Source: an uncultured Kiritimatiellota bacterium
GTDB taxonomy: Bacteria; Verrucomicrobiota; Kiritimatiellia; RFP12; DVOR01
Length of the DNA: 64,000 bases
Direction: 5' to 3'
Assembly (NCBI GenBank): GCA_944389545.1
Contig: CALXMT010000011.1
Coordinates: 3,479 to 67,478 of the forward strand
Shown piece after piece: positions 1 through 9,729 of this stretch. How positions within the stretch are numbered: position 1 is the stretch's first letter; each line of letters starts with the position of its first letter. The position numbers and the translations under genes are program-made. Below the pieces are notes generated by a model. That model had not been told where the DNA came from, searched no databases, and worked only from the letters and a program-made list of their open reading frames with translations.

Positions 1-3000
1 CCGCCGGCGGCAGACCCGACCTCATCCAGAAGACCCTCGGCGAAACCTGGGGGCGCGAACACGACAAAGCCCTCCGCGAACTCAACCGCGCCGTCCAGGG
101 CTTCGACAACTCCCTCACCGCCTGGAAGCGCCGCATCGTCGCCGCACTCTGGGACGACCGCGGCCCCGCCCTCGACCTCGTCCGCAAGGCCTACAAAGAA
201 CGCCTCGCCGAAATCCAGGAGGTCCGCCGCAAAGGCGGCGCCTCCGACCTCACCCTCAAACTCCAGGAGCGCCGCCTCCGCGCCCTCCTCGACAAGACCC
301 GCCTCAGCCACGTCCTCTACCGCCGCAAAGGCCCCAACAACGCACGCCTCTACCTCGCCGACGTCAAGGGCGAATTCCTCGAACGCCTCACCGACATCGA
401 CCCCAACCCCGACATCGCACGCTTCCAGGTCGAGCAATACGCGCACTGCCACCGCGTCATCGAGCTCGGCGGACGCGCCACCGCATACGGCCTCGACCCC
501 GTCCAGGCCCGCAACCAGCTCGCGCAGATGGTGAAGGACCTCGGCGTCGACAAGTTCCGGATGGTCGTCCGCGCCTGGAACATCTTCCGCGCACTCTACG
601 AGCGCGACGTCATCGAGCGCCCCGCCACCACCGAGCTCCTCGGCAAAGACTTCGTCGAGCTCATGCGCAAAAACACCCACTACGTCACCACCAAGCACAC
701 CGTCACCCCCGAACGCCTCCAGGCCCTCCTTGACGGCCTCGAACACGGCAAGGGCGGCGCACTCGAGCTCGCCGCCGAGCAGCTCATCAAGCGCTCCGGC
801 GAAGACACCGACGTCGGCGCCTTCCTCAAGGAATACAAAGGCTCCCTCGACCCCACCAAGAACCCCCTCCTCGAAACCATCAAGACCGCCGTCTCCATCA
901 TCACCCTCGCCGAACGCAACCAAACCGTCCTCGACTGGGTCCGCGCACTCCGCGCCCTCCGCTCCGACGAAGTCCAGGAACGCCCCTACGCACAGCGCGT
1001 CCGAAACGACCGCGTCGGATACGTCGAGTTCTACGAAAACGGCGAACGCAAAGTCCTCATCGTCCCCCGCTCCGTCGCCGCAGGATTCGAGCGCGTCGAC
1101 TCCACCTGGCTCACCGCCATCACCCACACCACCCGCGTCATCAACGCAGCCCTCACCACCAACAACTACGGCTTCATCCCCTTCGCGCAGATGCGCGACC
1201 TCTCCTCCGCCGTCTACAACACCCCCGGCCTCCACCGCTGGACCGCGCACTGGCTCTTCCCCGCCCTCGGCGACCTCGCAGCCCTCGGCGCACAGTTCGT
1301 CCCCCCCGCCGCCCTCCGCGCCCTCGCCGAACACCCCCTCGGCAAGCTCCTCATCAACAAAAACACCATCGAATACTGGTCCTCCTACGGCAACCGCGCC
1401 GCACGCCTCATCCACTCCGGCGACTTCCAGGGCGAACTCGAACGCGCCCGACAAGACCGCCTCGCCGGAAACGAAGCCTCCGCCCGCGACCGCGAATTCA
1501 TCGTCCAAATGGCCCGACAGGCCCTCCGCGACGGCATCCTCCTCTCCATGGTCCAGCTCCGCAAACAAGACTACAACGAATCCGAATGGCGGACCCTCTT
1601 CGCCAGATACAACCTCGACTTCGACGACATCCCCGCCAACGAATCCCTCCTCCTCAAAGGCGCCAAGCTCCCCGCACGCGCCATCGCCGCATACTGGAAC
1701 GGCGCCGGCGCACTCTCCGAGCTCGCCTCCGCCACCGTCAAGCTCGCCGCATACTGCTACCTCCACCAAGACGCCCTCCGCCCCGGCGCCATCGCCCTGG
1801 ACAACCGCCCCGCACCCTCCCTCTCCTCCCACGCCGCCTCCCGCATCGCCGACGGCGCCGCCCCCGCCTCCCCCTCCTTCGACACCCTCCAGCAGATCGC
1901 CAACGCATTCCGCGCAGCCGTCCTCGCCGGCGACCCCACCTTCGACATCCGCGGATACCTCATGACCTACTTCGAATGGATCTCCGGACCCTTCCTCAAC
2001 GCACGCCTCAAAGGCACCTTCCGAATCTTCCAATCCATCGCCGACGACGCCCCCAGGTCCCGCCGCCTCGACGGCAAACGCCCCTCCTCCACCAAGCTCG
2101 GCCACACCGCCGAATACGCCGCCAAACTCTCCGCCAAGGCCGCCGCGCGCACCCTCTTCTGGCTCGTCGCCTCCGGCGCCGCATCCACATCCGTCCTCGC
2201 ACTCTACCGATACCTCACCGGAAACCAAAACGCCACCCCCGAAGACATGGACGGCACCCCCCTCGGCGCACTCCACGGCACCCTCGACTGGATCGGACGG
2301 GGCCTCCGGAACATCTCCCCCTACTTCCTCCAAAACTACAACGTCTGCCCCCTCGCCACCTTCGGCGACGTCACCCTCTTCCTCGCCGCACCCGTCGCCG
2401 ACGAAGAGAAACTCTTCCTCCGCCTCTTCGACGCACTCCTCAACGCCTCCGGCGCCGACTGGACCCCAAACCCCGCCACCGGACCCGCCGACGTCGCCGC
2501 CGAACTCTTCGCCACCGTCGCCAACTCCCCCGAATCACAAGGCACCCTCGCCGGCCTCGCCATGCCCCTCGCACCCTGGATCTTCCAATCCAACCCCTAC
2601 GACCCCTTCCGACACACCAACCTCCTCACCGACGAAGAATTCGCCGCACGATGGACCAACCCCGCCGCCATCAAAACCGCCGGCGGAAGACTCATCGACT
2701 CCACCCCCCTCGCACTCATCCTCAAAGCGCCCAAACCCCTCACCCCCGAACGCCAAGCCTCCCTCAACCAATCCGGCTGGCTCGGAGACTTCCACGACAC
2801 CATCACCCGCACCCCCATCATCTCCAACGTCGCCGGCCGATTCCTCCGCGTCTCCGTCGGCGGCGAAACCGACCGCAGACGCAAACGCCAACAGCTCGAC
2901 CAACAACAAGTCCTCGCCGTCAGACTCCTCGCCAAACAAAACGCCGCCAAATACGCCCGCGGCGAACAGCCCGACGAACCCGACATCGACCCCGTCTACG

Positions 3001-3158
3001 CCCCAGACTACATCAAAGCCTACATCGACGCCCTCCAAGACCAGCCCTCCCCCGCCACCCTCCCCCGCCAACACATCCAAGAAATCCGCTCCACCCTCAA
3101 CATCCGAGACCCCCGCCTCCGCCAACAAAACCTCCGCTCCCTCCAATCCACCCCCTGA
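1..3158 (+). CDS. large hypothetical protein (>1050 aa, 5' end outside window); unknown function
   Basis: Continuous reading frame from position 3 to the stop at 3156-3158; the ORF track reports 528..3158 only because that is the first ATG. Codon use is extremely C-ending (Leu almost always CTC, Arg CGC, Asp GAC). No motif recognised. The Ser/Pro-rich and Arg/Pro-rich alternative-frame ORFs are shadows. Confidence 0.6.
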   Translation, partial: AGGRPDLIQKTLGETWGREHDKALRELNRAVQGFDNSLTAWKRRIVAALWDDRGPALDLVRKAYKERLAEIQEVRRKGGASDLTLKLQERRLRALLDKTRLSHVLYRRKGPNNARLYLADVKGEFLERLTDIDPNPDIARFQVEQYAHCHRVIELGGRATAYGLDPVQARNQLAQMVKDLGVDKFRMVVRAWNIFRALYERDVIERPATTELLGKDFVELMRKNTHYVTTKHTVTPERLQALLDGLEHGKGGALELAAEQLIKRSGEDTDVGAFLKEYKGSLDPTKNPLLETIKTAVSIITLAERNQTVLDWVRALRALRSDEVQERPYAQRVRNDRVGYVEFYENGERKVLIVPRSVAAGFERVDSTWLTAITHTTRVINAALTTNNYGFIPFAQMRDLSSAVYNTPGLHRWTAHWLFPALGDLAALGAQFVPPAALRALAEHPLGKLLINKNTIEYWSSYGNRAARLIHSGDFQGELERARQDRLAGNEASARDREFIVQMARQALRDGILLSMVQLRKQDYNESEWRTLFARYNLDFDDIPANESLLLKGAKLPARAIAAYWNGAGALSELASATVKLAAYCYLHQDALRPGAIALDNRPAPSLSSHAASRIADGAAPASPSFDTLQQIANAFRAAVLAGDPTFDIRGYLMTYFEWISGPFLNARLKGTFRIFQSIADDAPRSRRLDGKRPSSTKLGHTAEYAAKLSAKAAARTLFWLVASGAASTSVLALYRYLTGNQNATPEDMDGTPLGALHGTLDWIGRGLRNISPYFLQNYNVCPLATFGDVTLFLAAPVADEEKLFLRLFDALLNASGADWTPNPATGPADVAAELFATVANSPESQGTLAGLAMPLAPWIFQSNPYDPFRHTNLLTDEEFAARWTNPAAIKTAGGRLIDSTPLALILKAPKPLTPERQASLNQSGWLGDFHDTITRTPIISNVAGRFLRVSVGGETDRRRKRQQLDQQQVLAVRLLAKQNAAKYARGEQPDEPDIDPVYAPDYIKAYIDALQDQPSPATLPRQHIQEIRSTLNIRDPRLRQQNLRSLQSTP

Positions 3159-3165
3159 CCACCCC

Positions 3166-3255
3166 GCCCCGGCCCATCCCCGGTCCGGTGGCAGCCCTCC
3201 GCACCTCCCCACGCCGGCCCATCCCCGGTCCGGTGGCAGCCCTCCGCACCTCCCC
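3166..3255. repeat. tandem direct duplication, 2 x 45 bp (gCCGGCCCATCCCCGGTCCGGTGGCAGCCCTCCGCACCTCCCC)
   Basis: Two near-identical 45-bp units immediately after the stop codon of the 1..3158 gene; read directly from the sequence. Confidence 0.8.
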
Positions 3256-3394
3256 TGCGCCGGCAGGCCCCATCCCGCCGCCCTCGCCCCCGTCCGCCCT
3301 CCCCGGCGGGGGCTTTCACATCCCTCACCCCTTACACAAATCCTATCACACCTCACAATATCCCCTTGCCAATCAATCTATATAAACTCACCAA

Positions 3395-3729
3395 TAGTGT
3401 CCGGGGAAAATTGGGACCGCAAAGACGCAAGGGTGGGCGCGAACCGCTTCGGGCTCCGGCGGTCGCTCTGCGGCTTCGCCGCTGACCGCGACCGCCGCCC
3501 TCCGTTTCGCGCCGTGAGATAAGAAGTCAGGGTGTGGGGCGGAGCCCCACCAACAAAACCAAGCTTCTAAGCCTCCAAGCCTCTAAACTTCCCAATTCCC
3601 CTTTGAGCGCCCCTTCAGGGGCGCGCTAGCGTGGAAATCCCAAGGGCGGCGCGACCAACGGGAGCGATGGAGCCCGCAGGGTTTCCACGCAGGACCGTCT
3701 TCGCGGTAAAACTTCCCCGGACACTACTG
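3395..3729 (+). mobile_element. MITE-like palindromic repeat, family A copy 1 (~335 bp; TIR tAGTGTCCGGGGAAAA / TTCCCCGGACACTAct)
   Basis: Near-identical to copies at ~9254, ~46811 and ~61119. The left and right arms are imperfect inverted complements. It contains the conserved hairpin GCGCCCCTTCAGGGGCGC and the stem GCGTGGAAA...TTTCCACGC. The right terminal 11 bp (GGACACTACTG) is repeated once more at ~3734-3744. Confidence 0.75.
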
Positions 3730-3744
3730 CCTGGACACTACTGA

Positions 3745-3773
3745 GTTTGCGGAAGTGTGCATGATGTGGTATG
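3745..3773 (+). promoter_or_regulatory. candidate sigma70-type promoter for folD (TTGCGG -17 bp- TGgTATGCT)
   Basis: A -35-like TTGCGG and an extended -10 TGGTATGCT with 17-bp spacing lie ~35 bp upstream of the folD ATG, directly abutting the right end of MITE A1. Confidence 0.3.
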
Positions 3774-3805
3774 CTTTAAGCGTAAATCGAGAAAGTGAGC
3801 ATGAA

Positions 3806-4699
3806 ATGAAGGCTGAGTGCATTGACGGCAAGGCCTTGGCGGCGGAGACGCGCGCGAAGGTCAAGGCGGGTGTCGCGGAACTGAAGGCCAAGACGGGCAT
3901 TGTGCCCGGCCTGGGCGTTGTGTTGGTGGGGGATGACCCGGCCTCACGCAGTTACGTCACGGCCAAGGAGCGTGCCTTGGAAGAGGCCGGCATGCGCTCG
4001 GTGGACGTGCGTCTGCCGGAGGGGACGACGCAAGAGGAGTTGCTCGGTGTCATTGCACGGTTGAACGCGGACCCACAGGTGCATGGCATTCTGGTGCAGT
4101 TGCCGTTGCCGAAGGGATTGGACACAGAGGCCGTCATCCAAGCCATCGCGCCAGAGAAGGATGTGGACGGTTTCACGCCCATCAATGTGGGCAAGATGAT
4201 TTTGGGACAGGAATGCTTCCTGCCGTGCACGCCGCATGGCGTGTTGCGACTCCTACAAAAGGCCGGTGCGGTCACGCGCGGCGCACATGCCGTGGTGGTG
4301 GGCCGCAGCGACATCGTAGGGCGTCCGCTTGCCAATCTCTTGACGCGCAAGGCACCGGACGGTGACGCGACCGTGACGCTTTGCCACTCCGCGACGCCGG
4401 ATTTGGCGCGCTTCACGCGCGAGGCGGATATCCTCATCGTGGCAACGGGCCGCCCCCACACTGTCACCGGCGAAATGGTCAAGCCCGGCGCCGTCGTCAT
4501 TGATGTGGGCGTGAACCGTGTGCCTGACCCGACCGCGCAACGAGGATACCGTCTGCGCGGCGACTGCGACTTTGAGAGCGTCGCAGAGGTTGCGTCGAAG
4601 ATCACGCCCGTGCCGGGTGGCGTCGGGCCCATGACCATCGCCATGTTGCTTGAGAACACCCTTGTGGCCGCCCAACGCGCGGCGGGAGGCAAATCGTGA
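3806..4699 (+). CDS. folD: bifunctional methylenetetrahydrofolate dehydrogenase / methenyl-THF cyclohydrolase
   Basis: Full-length FolD-like sequence ([12 protein letters not shown]...GILVQLPLP...[17 protein letters not shown]...[10 protein letters not shown]). Start moved to the in-frame ATG at 3806; the track's 3755 start is a poor N-terminal extension. Confidence 0.9.
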   Translation: MKAECIDGKALAAETRAKVKAGVAELKAKTGIVPGLGVVLVGDDPASRSYVTAKERALEEAGMRSVDVRLPEGTTQEELLGVIARLNADPQVHGILVQLPLPKGLDTEAVIQAIAPEKDVDGFTPINVGKMILGQECFLPCTPHGVLRLLQKAGAVTRGAHAVVVGRSDIVGRPLANLLTRKAPDGDATVTLCHSATPDLARFTREADILIVATGRPHTVTGEMVKPGAVVIDVGVNRVPDPTAQRGYRLRGDCDFESVAEVASKITPVPGGVGPMTIAMLLENTLVAAQRAAGGKS

Positions 4700-6660
4700 G
4701 CACGGACAAGGACGACATCATTCGGTTGGGACCCGAGATTTTCGCGAAGGACGCGAAGGGGACGTTGCAGACACGCATCGGCACCATTTTCCTGCGCACG
4801 CCGGGCCTTGTCACCCTCCGCGGCATCCACGCAATGCAGCGCATCGCCTTCATCGATGCCGTCAACAAGCGCCGCGTGGCCCAGGGATTGCCCAAGCTCA
4901 CGCCACGCGAAGAAGAAGCGGAGATTGCCGAAAGCGTCGACCTGCTCTTTGACGAGAACTATGCGCTGATCCGTCCTGACCCAGACAACATGCCCGTGGC
5001 CATCCGTGGTGATGAGTTCCTGCAAAAGTTCGTCTCCAAGCGCAAAATCCGTTATCTGAACATCCAGAACCGTCAGGTGCGCGATGCCCTGCGTACGCGC
5101 GGCGAGGCGTGGCGTATGGCCCCCGTGCCGCGCTTCGAAGAGGAAATCAAGGCGCTCATCGAGAATGCCCGCGTCGGCATCGATGGTCGCGCCATTTACT
5201 ATTACAATCACCTCACCGGTACGCGTTTTCTCACCCTCGGCGCCTTCCGCGCATTGGGCGATCTGCCGGCGGACGAATTGCGTTCCCTGCTCGAGGAAAT
5301 CCACATCAACGCCGGGCGCACCAACCGTTTCGCGAATCCTGAGATTGACTCCCTGCCCCACGGCGCGCTTCCCACCGAGCTTGTGCAAGGCATGGATTTC
5401 ACATCGATGGATGAGTCCACGCTTCGCGCCACCCACCGCCGCCTGTTGGCCTCCTTTGCGGCTTCCGTCACAGACCCCTGCCTGAAAGAAGACGACCCGG
5501 ACGACCCGGGTTGGCGCAAGGCCCTCTCCGCGGCCCTCATCGAGGCACCCAACGAGACCGGTGTCTCCTCTGTCATCGAAGGCCTCTCGCCCGAATACTT
5601 CATGCAGATCGAGTGGCTCCCCGGCGGCCGCGTGGAAGAGGGCGAACTCTTCTTCGATCCCATCTTCCAAGAGGCCGATCGCCACCCGGACGATGAGAGT
5701 CTTCAGCATCTTTGTGACCCGCGCGCCAGAGCCATTCTCTTCAACTACGTGCGCGAATATTCGCAAATCGAGTACGTCAACATCGGCCGTACACGCCGGT
5801 CGCTCTCTCAACGCAAAGGCCAAGGCCCTCGCGCGCTCGTCTATATCGTTGAGCTCAAGGAACGCCACCGTCCGCGCCCGCAGGTCAAAATCATCCGTAT
5901 CCAGCGCTGGACTGTCGCCACCCACCTCGCCGCCGGACGCCCCCTGCTTCAATCCATCATCGATGCCGAAGACTACACCGATTACGTGATGGACCGTCGT
6001 CTCGGTGCGCGCCAACTGGGTATGCACCTGCCGCCGCTCATGATGCCGCGTACCTTCCGCGAGATTGTTCAAGCCCCGGATGGCACCATGCACAGCGTCC
6101 AGACCGGCTATTTCGAGCGCGACTACATCTCCGGTTTCGCCACCAACAAAATCCCCGAGACCTTCTACGCATCCTCCGCCTTCCGGCAAGGGCTCTGTCG
6201 TCTGCTCGGTCAAGCCGCGGCGCCCAACATCATTGTCGGGCGTGCCGCCGTGGAGGGCGGACGCACCATCTTTGACGATGGCGACGAGGTCATCCTCCTC
6301 AACGCCTTCCAACTCCCCGACCGTCTCATCCTTGCCGAGCCCACCGGGTCCTTCGTCAACTACAAGCGCCCTTACGGCGAGACCATCGCCGACTACGCCG
6401 CGGCCATGAACCGTCGCAAACATCTCCTCCCCGACTTCAAGCTCGCCGCCCGTATCTTTGTGGAGAGCTTCGAGGATGAACTCGCCCGTATTCAGCGCCT
6501 CTATCGCGAACGGCGTGACGGTTTCGATGGGCTGTTCCGCGACCGCCCCATTGACGAAAACGGTTCCATCTCTTGGCGTTGGAAATGTGTCCTCGAACGC
6601 CTTGACAACGTGAACGCCCACGCCCTCGCCCGACAACTCATGGACTGTATCGACCTTTGA
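4696..6660 (+). CDS. conserved hypothetical protein, 654 aa, unknown function
   Basis: Long ORF with host-like composition. Its start overlaps the folD stop (ATGA) and its stop is 4 bp before the murG start. No recognisable motifs. The long antisense ORF 3952..6636 is a GC-driven shadow. Confidence 0.6.
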   Translation: MSTDKDDIIRLGPEIFAKDAKGTLQTRIGTIFLRTPGLVTLRGIHAMQRIAFIDAVNKRRVAQGLPKLTPREEEAEIAESVDLLFDENYALIRPDPDNMPVAIRGDEFLQKFVSKRKIRYLNIQNRQVRDALRTRGEAWRMAPVPRFEEEIKALIENARVGIDGRAIYYYNHLTGTRFLTLGAFRALGDLPADELRSLLEEIHINAGRTNRFANPEIDSLPHGALPTELVQGMDFTSMDESTLRATHRRLLASFAASVTDPCLKEDDPDDPGWRKALSAALIEAPNETGVSSVIEGLSPEYFMQIEWLPGGRVEEGELFFDPIFQEADRHPDDESLQHLCDPRARAILFNYVREYSQIEYVNIGRTRRSLSQRKGQGPRALVYIVELKERHRPRPQVKIIRIQRWTVATHLAAGRPLLQSIIDAEDYTDYVMDRRLGARQLGMHLPPLMMPRTFREIVQAPDGTMHSVQTGYFERDYISGFATNKIPETFYASSAFRQGLCRLLGQAAAPNIIVGRAAVEGGRTIFDDGDEVILLNAFQLPDRLILAEPTGSFVNYKRPYGETIADYAAAMNRRKHLLPDFKLAARIFVESFEDELARIQRLYRERRDGFDGLFRDRPIDENGSISWRWKCVLERLDNVNAHALARQLMDCIDL

Positions 6661-7736
6661 CCATGCCAGACGCCAAACGCATCGCCATCGCCTGCGGCGG
6701 CACCGGTGGCCACATCAATCCCGCACTCGCCGTCGCCGACCGCCTTCGTACTGAGGGCCATGAACTTGCCCTTATCCTTTCCGGGACCCGCGCCGCGGAA
6801 CGCCACGCCGCCGAATCGTGGCAAGGCCCCCTACTCCGCTCCGGCGCGCGCCCCATCACCGACCCGCGTAACCTCGCGGCCATCCTCCGTTGCCGCGCCT
6901 TCCTCAAACGGTTCCGCCCCGACGTGCTTCTCGCCACCGGCGGTTACACCAGCTTCGCGCCCGTTGTCGCCGCGCGTCTGCTCCGCATCCCCGTGGTCTT
7001 GCACGAGGCCAACTCGCTTCCCGGTCGCGCCACACGCTTCCTTTCTAAGCATTTCCGCATCGCCGCCGTCGCGACCTCGTTTCCCGACACGGCCGAACGC
7101 CTCCCGTGGGCCAAGGTCGAGCTGACCGGCCTGCCTCTGCGGCAAAGCGTTCTCGATGCTTTGGCCCGCGCCGAAGCCGAACGTCACGCCGAAAGCCAAG
7201 GTTTTCACGTCCTTGTCACGGGCGGCAGTCAGGGCGCACACGGCCTCAATCTCTTGGTCGGCCCCATCCTCGCCTCCCTTGCGCTCAGCGACAAACACGT
7301 CACCATCACCCACCAGTGCGGAACGGCAGACGTTGATGCCCTACGCGAAGTCTACGCCCAGACCCCAAAACAGGTCGAAGTCGTCCCCTTCATCGAGGAC
7401 ATGGGTGCCGCCTATGCTCGGGCCGACCTTGTCATCGCCCGCGCCGGCGCCGCCACCTGCTTCGAACTCGCCCGCGCGGCGATTCCCGTCATCTTCATCC
7501 CGCTCCCCACCGCCGCCGATGATCACCAGCGCCTCAACGCGCAATCCCTCGTCACCTGCGGCGGCGCCCTCTGCGTTGACCAAAACGGCCCTGCCGCCAA
7601 CCTTGCCGAAGCCATCCGCCAGATTTACTCCGACCCCCTCTTGCGCAAAATCATGCGCCAGGCCCTCCAAGACCTCCCCCACCCCGATGCCACCCAGGCC
7701 CTCGCGGCTCTTATTCTCGCCAATGCTTCCCACTAA
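6657..7736 (+). CDS. murG: UDP-GlcNAc:undecaprenyl-PP-MurNAc-pentapeptide GlcNAc transferase (GT28)
   Basis: N-terminal GGTGGH G-loop, GGSQGA, and a C-terminal AGAAT..EL / DDHQ..NA pattern typical of MurG; ~360 aa. Confidence 0.75.
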   Translation: MTMPDAKRIAIACGGTGGHINPALAVADRLRTEGHELALILSGTRAAERHAAESWQGPLLRSGARPITDPRNLAAILRCRAFLKRFRPDVLLATGGYTSFAPVVAARLLRIPVVLHEANSLPGRATRFLSKHFRIAAVATSFPDTAERLPWAKVELTGLPLRQSVLDALARAEAERHAESQGFHVLVTGGSQGAHGLNLLVGPILASLALSDKHVTITHQCGTADVDALREVYAQTPKQVEVVPFIEDMGAAYARADLVIARAGAATCFELARAAIPVIFIPLPTAADDHQRLNAQSLVTCGGALCVDQNGPAANLAEAIRQIYSDPLLRKIMRQALQDLPHPDATQALAALILANASH

Positions 7737-7756
7737 CCCGCTTTTTTGCAACGATT

Positions 7757-8224
7757 ATGCTCTCGCAGCCGGATTGTGGATGGACAGACTTCCAACTCGA
7801 AGGGACGAAGCAGTATTCGCTCAGTGACCTCACTGACGTTCCCATGGAATGGCTGACCCAGGCCATCTATGGGCTCACAAACCGGCGCCCCTTCTGCGTC
7901 ACGGGCTTTATGGAACCGGATACATTGGTGTGTGTGGTCTGCGACCAACATTGCCATATTCTTTACGAATACGATCACGACAGATTATTGCCGGAGGCAG
8001 ACCTCCCTCACGAATACGCTCGTGTAGGGATGGAGCAATTCTGCAAAATGCTCCATGACGACATTGCCCATCACTTGGAAGATTGGACAGCCTTCGACCC
8101 GCTTCTCTCCCCCTCCGATTCTAAAAGTCGCGAGTATCGAGCACGTAAAGCTCAATTGAGGAAAAAGCTCGCAACCTTAGCACACCTGCTTGAAGAACGA
8201 GCGAGCTTCACTGCCAGAAAATGA
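7757..8224 (+). CDS. hypothetical protein, 155 aa, Cys/His-rich (CVTGF..CVVCDQHCH)
   Basis: ORF with noticeably lower GC than its neighbours (by eye, not counted); no known motif. Confidence 0.4.
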   Translation: MLSQPDCGWTDFQLEGTKQYSLSDLTDVPMEWLTQAIYGLTNRRPFCVTGFMEPDTLVCVVCDQHCHILYEYDHDRLLPEADLPHEYARVGMEQFCKMLHDDIAHHLEDWTAFDPLLSPSDSKSREYRARKAQLRKKLATLAHLLEERASFTARK

Positions 8225-8275
8225 GCATTCAGGCGAGTCGCTTGCCTTAGACCAAGGGAATCACCCACGTCTTAC

Positions 8276-9124
8276 TTAGGGTTCCAGCGCAGCGCTCAGC
8301 ATCTCCTGGCGAATATCCTCAATACCATAACGCGGCGGGTCGAAACCGTAGACTGCAGCCTTGCCGGCGGAGATTCCGCTTGCCAACAAGTTCGTGACAT
8401 AGGCTTTCGCCGCTTGGATGGCGTATATCGGCGCACCTCCCAAAGCCAAGTTAGCCGTGATGGCGGCACTGAGCGCACAGCCCGTTCCGTGGGTCGTGCG
8501 CGGTCTGGTCACGCGTGGGCCTTCGAACATAAGGAGCGTTCCATCCTGCAAGGAGAAGGCATCCACGCTTTGTTGACGCGCGGCGTGGCCGCCTTTCACC
8601 AACACCATGGTCTTCAATTCAAAGGCCAATTCCCGAGCCGCATCACGCAGGTCCGCCGCGCTCTTCAGTTCTCCCCAGTTCAGCAAGGCTGCGGCCTCAG
8701 GTAGGTTCGGCGTGATGAGCGTGGCCCGATGCAACAAGCCATACAGCGCCGCGACCGCGTCATCGTCCAACAGACGCGCCCCGCTCGTCGCCACCATCAC
8801 GGGGTCCACCACCAACAAAATCTTTGGGTGGGCCTCGGCGAAGGCCTCCACCACCGCAATGAGGTCGGCGTTCAACAACATACCCGTCTTCATGGCGCGA
8901 ATGTCAAAAGCCGCCGCCACGCGCTCCAATTGGTCGCGCAACACCTCCGGAGTCACCCCCTGCACCAACCCCACGCCAAAGGGATTCTGCGCAGTGATGG
9001 CCGTAATGGCCGCGCATCCATGCACGCCGTGCGCCCAAAAGGCGCGCAAATCGGCCTCGATGCCCGCGCCGCCACCACTGTCGCTCCCTGCAATTGTCAA
9101 TGCCACCGGAATCTTCTTTGCCAT
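8276..9124 (-). CDS. thiD: hydroxymethylpyrimidine / phosphomethylpyrimidine kinase
   Basis: MAKKIPVALTIAGSDSGGGAGIEADL...GCALSAAITANLALG is canonical ThiD. The start is set at internal Met 102 of the track ORF 8276..9427, because the upstream extension runs into MITE A2. Confidence 0.85.
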   Translation of the reverse strand: MAKKIPVALTIAGSDSGGGAGIEADLRAFWAHGVHGCAAITAITAQNPFGVGLVQGVTPEVLRDQLERVAAAFDIRAMKTGMLLNADLIAVVEAFAEAHPKILLVVDPVMVATSGARLLDDDAVAALYGLLHRATLITPNLPEAAALLNWGELKSAADLRDAARELAFELKTMVLVKGGHAARQQSVDAFSLQDGTLLMFEGPRVTRPRTTHGTGCALSAAITANLALGGAPIYAIQAAKAYVTNLLASGISAGKAAVYGFDPPRYGIEDIRQEMLSAALEP

Positions 9125-9253
9125 GATGTCCTCTTTCTTATCAACTGCCCTCGACTTCCCATATTCATTCAAGGGAACTGTCGATCGGCTCTGACTTCGG
9201 GACCAAAGTATAACATAAGCCTGTGCCAATCTGACGCATTCAAATACCAACCC

Positions 9254-9570
9254 AATACTGTCCGTGGAAAATTGGGACCGCAAAGACGCGAGGGGAGGCG
9301 CGAACCGCTTCGGGCTCCATCGGTCGCTCTGCGGTTTCGCCGCTGACCGCGCCCGCCGCCCTCCGTTTCGCGCCGTGTCTGATAAGAATAGTAAAGATAG
9401 AAGGCAGTGCGCCACCAAGAAGACCAATCAGCGAATCAGCTAAGCTTTCAATTCCCTTTTGAGCACCCCTTCAGGGGTGCGATAGCGTGGAAATCCCAAG
9501 GGCGGCGTGACCCAAGGAATCGACTGAGCCCGTAGGGTTTCCACGCAAGACCGTCTTCGCGGAAAAACAC
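9254..9570 (+). mobile_element. MITE-like repeat, family A copy 2 (right terminus degenerate)
   Basis: Aligns along its whole length with A1, A3 and A4. The left TIR is ACTGTCCGTGGAAAA; the right end (GCGGAAAAACAC) lacks the full TIR. Confidence 0.7.
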
Positions 9571-9697
9571 AAAGTAACGCAAGGGCCTAGACTCTTCACC
9601 GTGCCCATCCCTTACATTTCTTCCACTTTCTTGAAAAGTCCCCACAGACAAACCGGCACGCTTTGTGGGAAAAGTGAATGATTTGGGCATCTCCAAC

Positions 9698-9707
9698 TTG
9701 CTATAAT
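9698..9707 (+). promoter_or_regulatory. candidate extended -10 promoter element (TGcTATAAT) for the Sel1-repeat gene
   Basis: TTGCTATAAT read directly from the sequence. It overlaps the first ATG of track ORF 9706, which argues that the real start is the downstream ATG at 9730, preceded by GAAAGGG. Confidence 0.3.
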
Positions 9708-9729
9708 GAGAGCCAGAAAGGGCACCGCG

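Noticed and set aside
730-3385. ORFs 730..1965 + (Ser/Pro/Thr-rich) and 1586..3385 + (Arg/Pro-rich), and minus-strand ORFs 2535..3356, 2597..2986 and 3020..3328
   Set aside because: These are alternative-frame or antisense shadows of the 1..3158 gene; their compositions are reading-frame artefacts of its very regular C-ending codon usage.
3952-6636. 894-aa ORF on the minus strand (and similar long antisense ORFs: 14625..15602 -, 17073..18401 -, 22869..25154 +, 28302..30794 -, 43573..46767 +, 47730..49097 +, 50596..52188 +, 57542..59086 -, 59908..61323 -)
   Set aside because: Each lies entirely antisense to, or in an alternative frame of, a gene with clear homology (folD/hypothetical, surA-like, murF, recD2, giant ORF, asmA-like, pfk, FtsX permease, ligA, nadE). 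The translations are Arg/Gly/Ala/Pro-rich low-complexity, typical stop-free shadow frames in ~65% GC DNA.
9125-9253. TPP (THI-box) riboswitch in the thiD 5' leader
   Set aside because: The leader has weak resemblance to the 3' half of the THI element (…CCCTTGAATGAATATGGGAAGTCGAGGG… versus …ACCTGATCTGGATAATGCCAGCGTAGGGAA), but the essential CUGAGA motif and P2/P3 pairing are not evident. The region is also partly occupied by MITE A2. Not callable without a covariance-model search.
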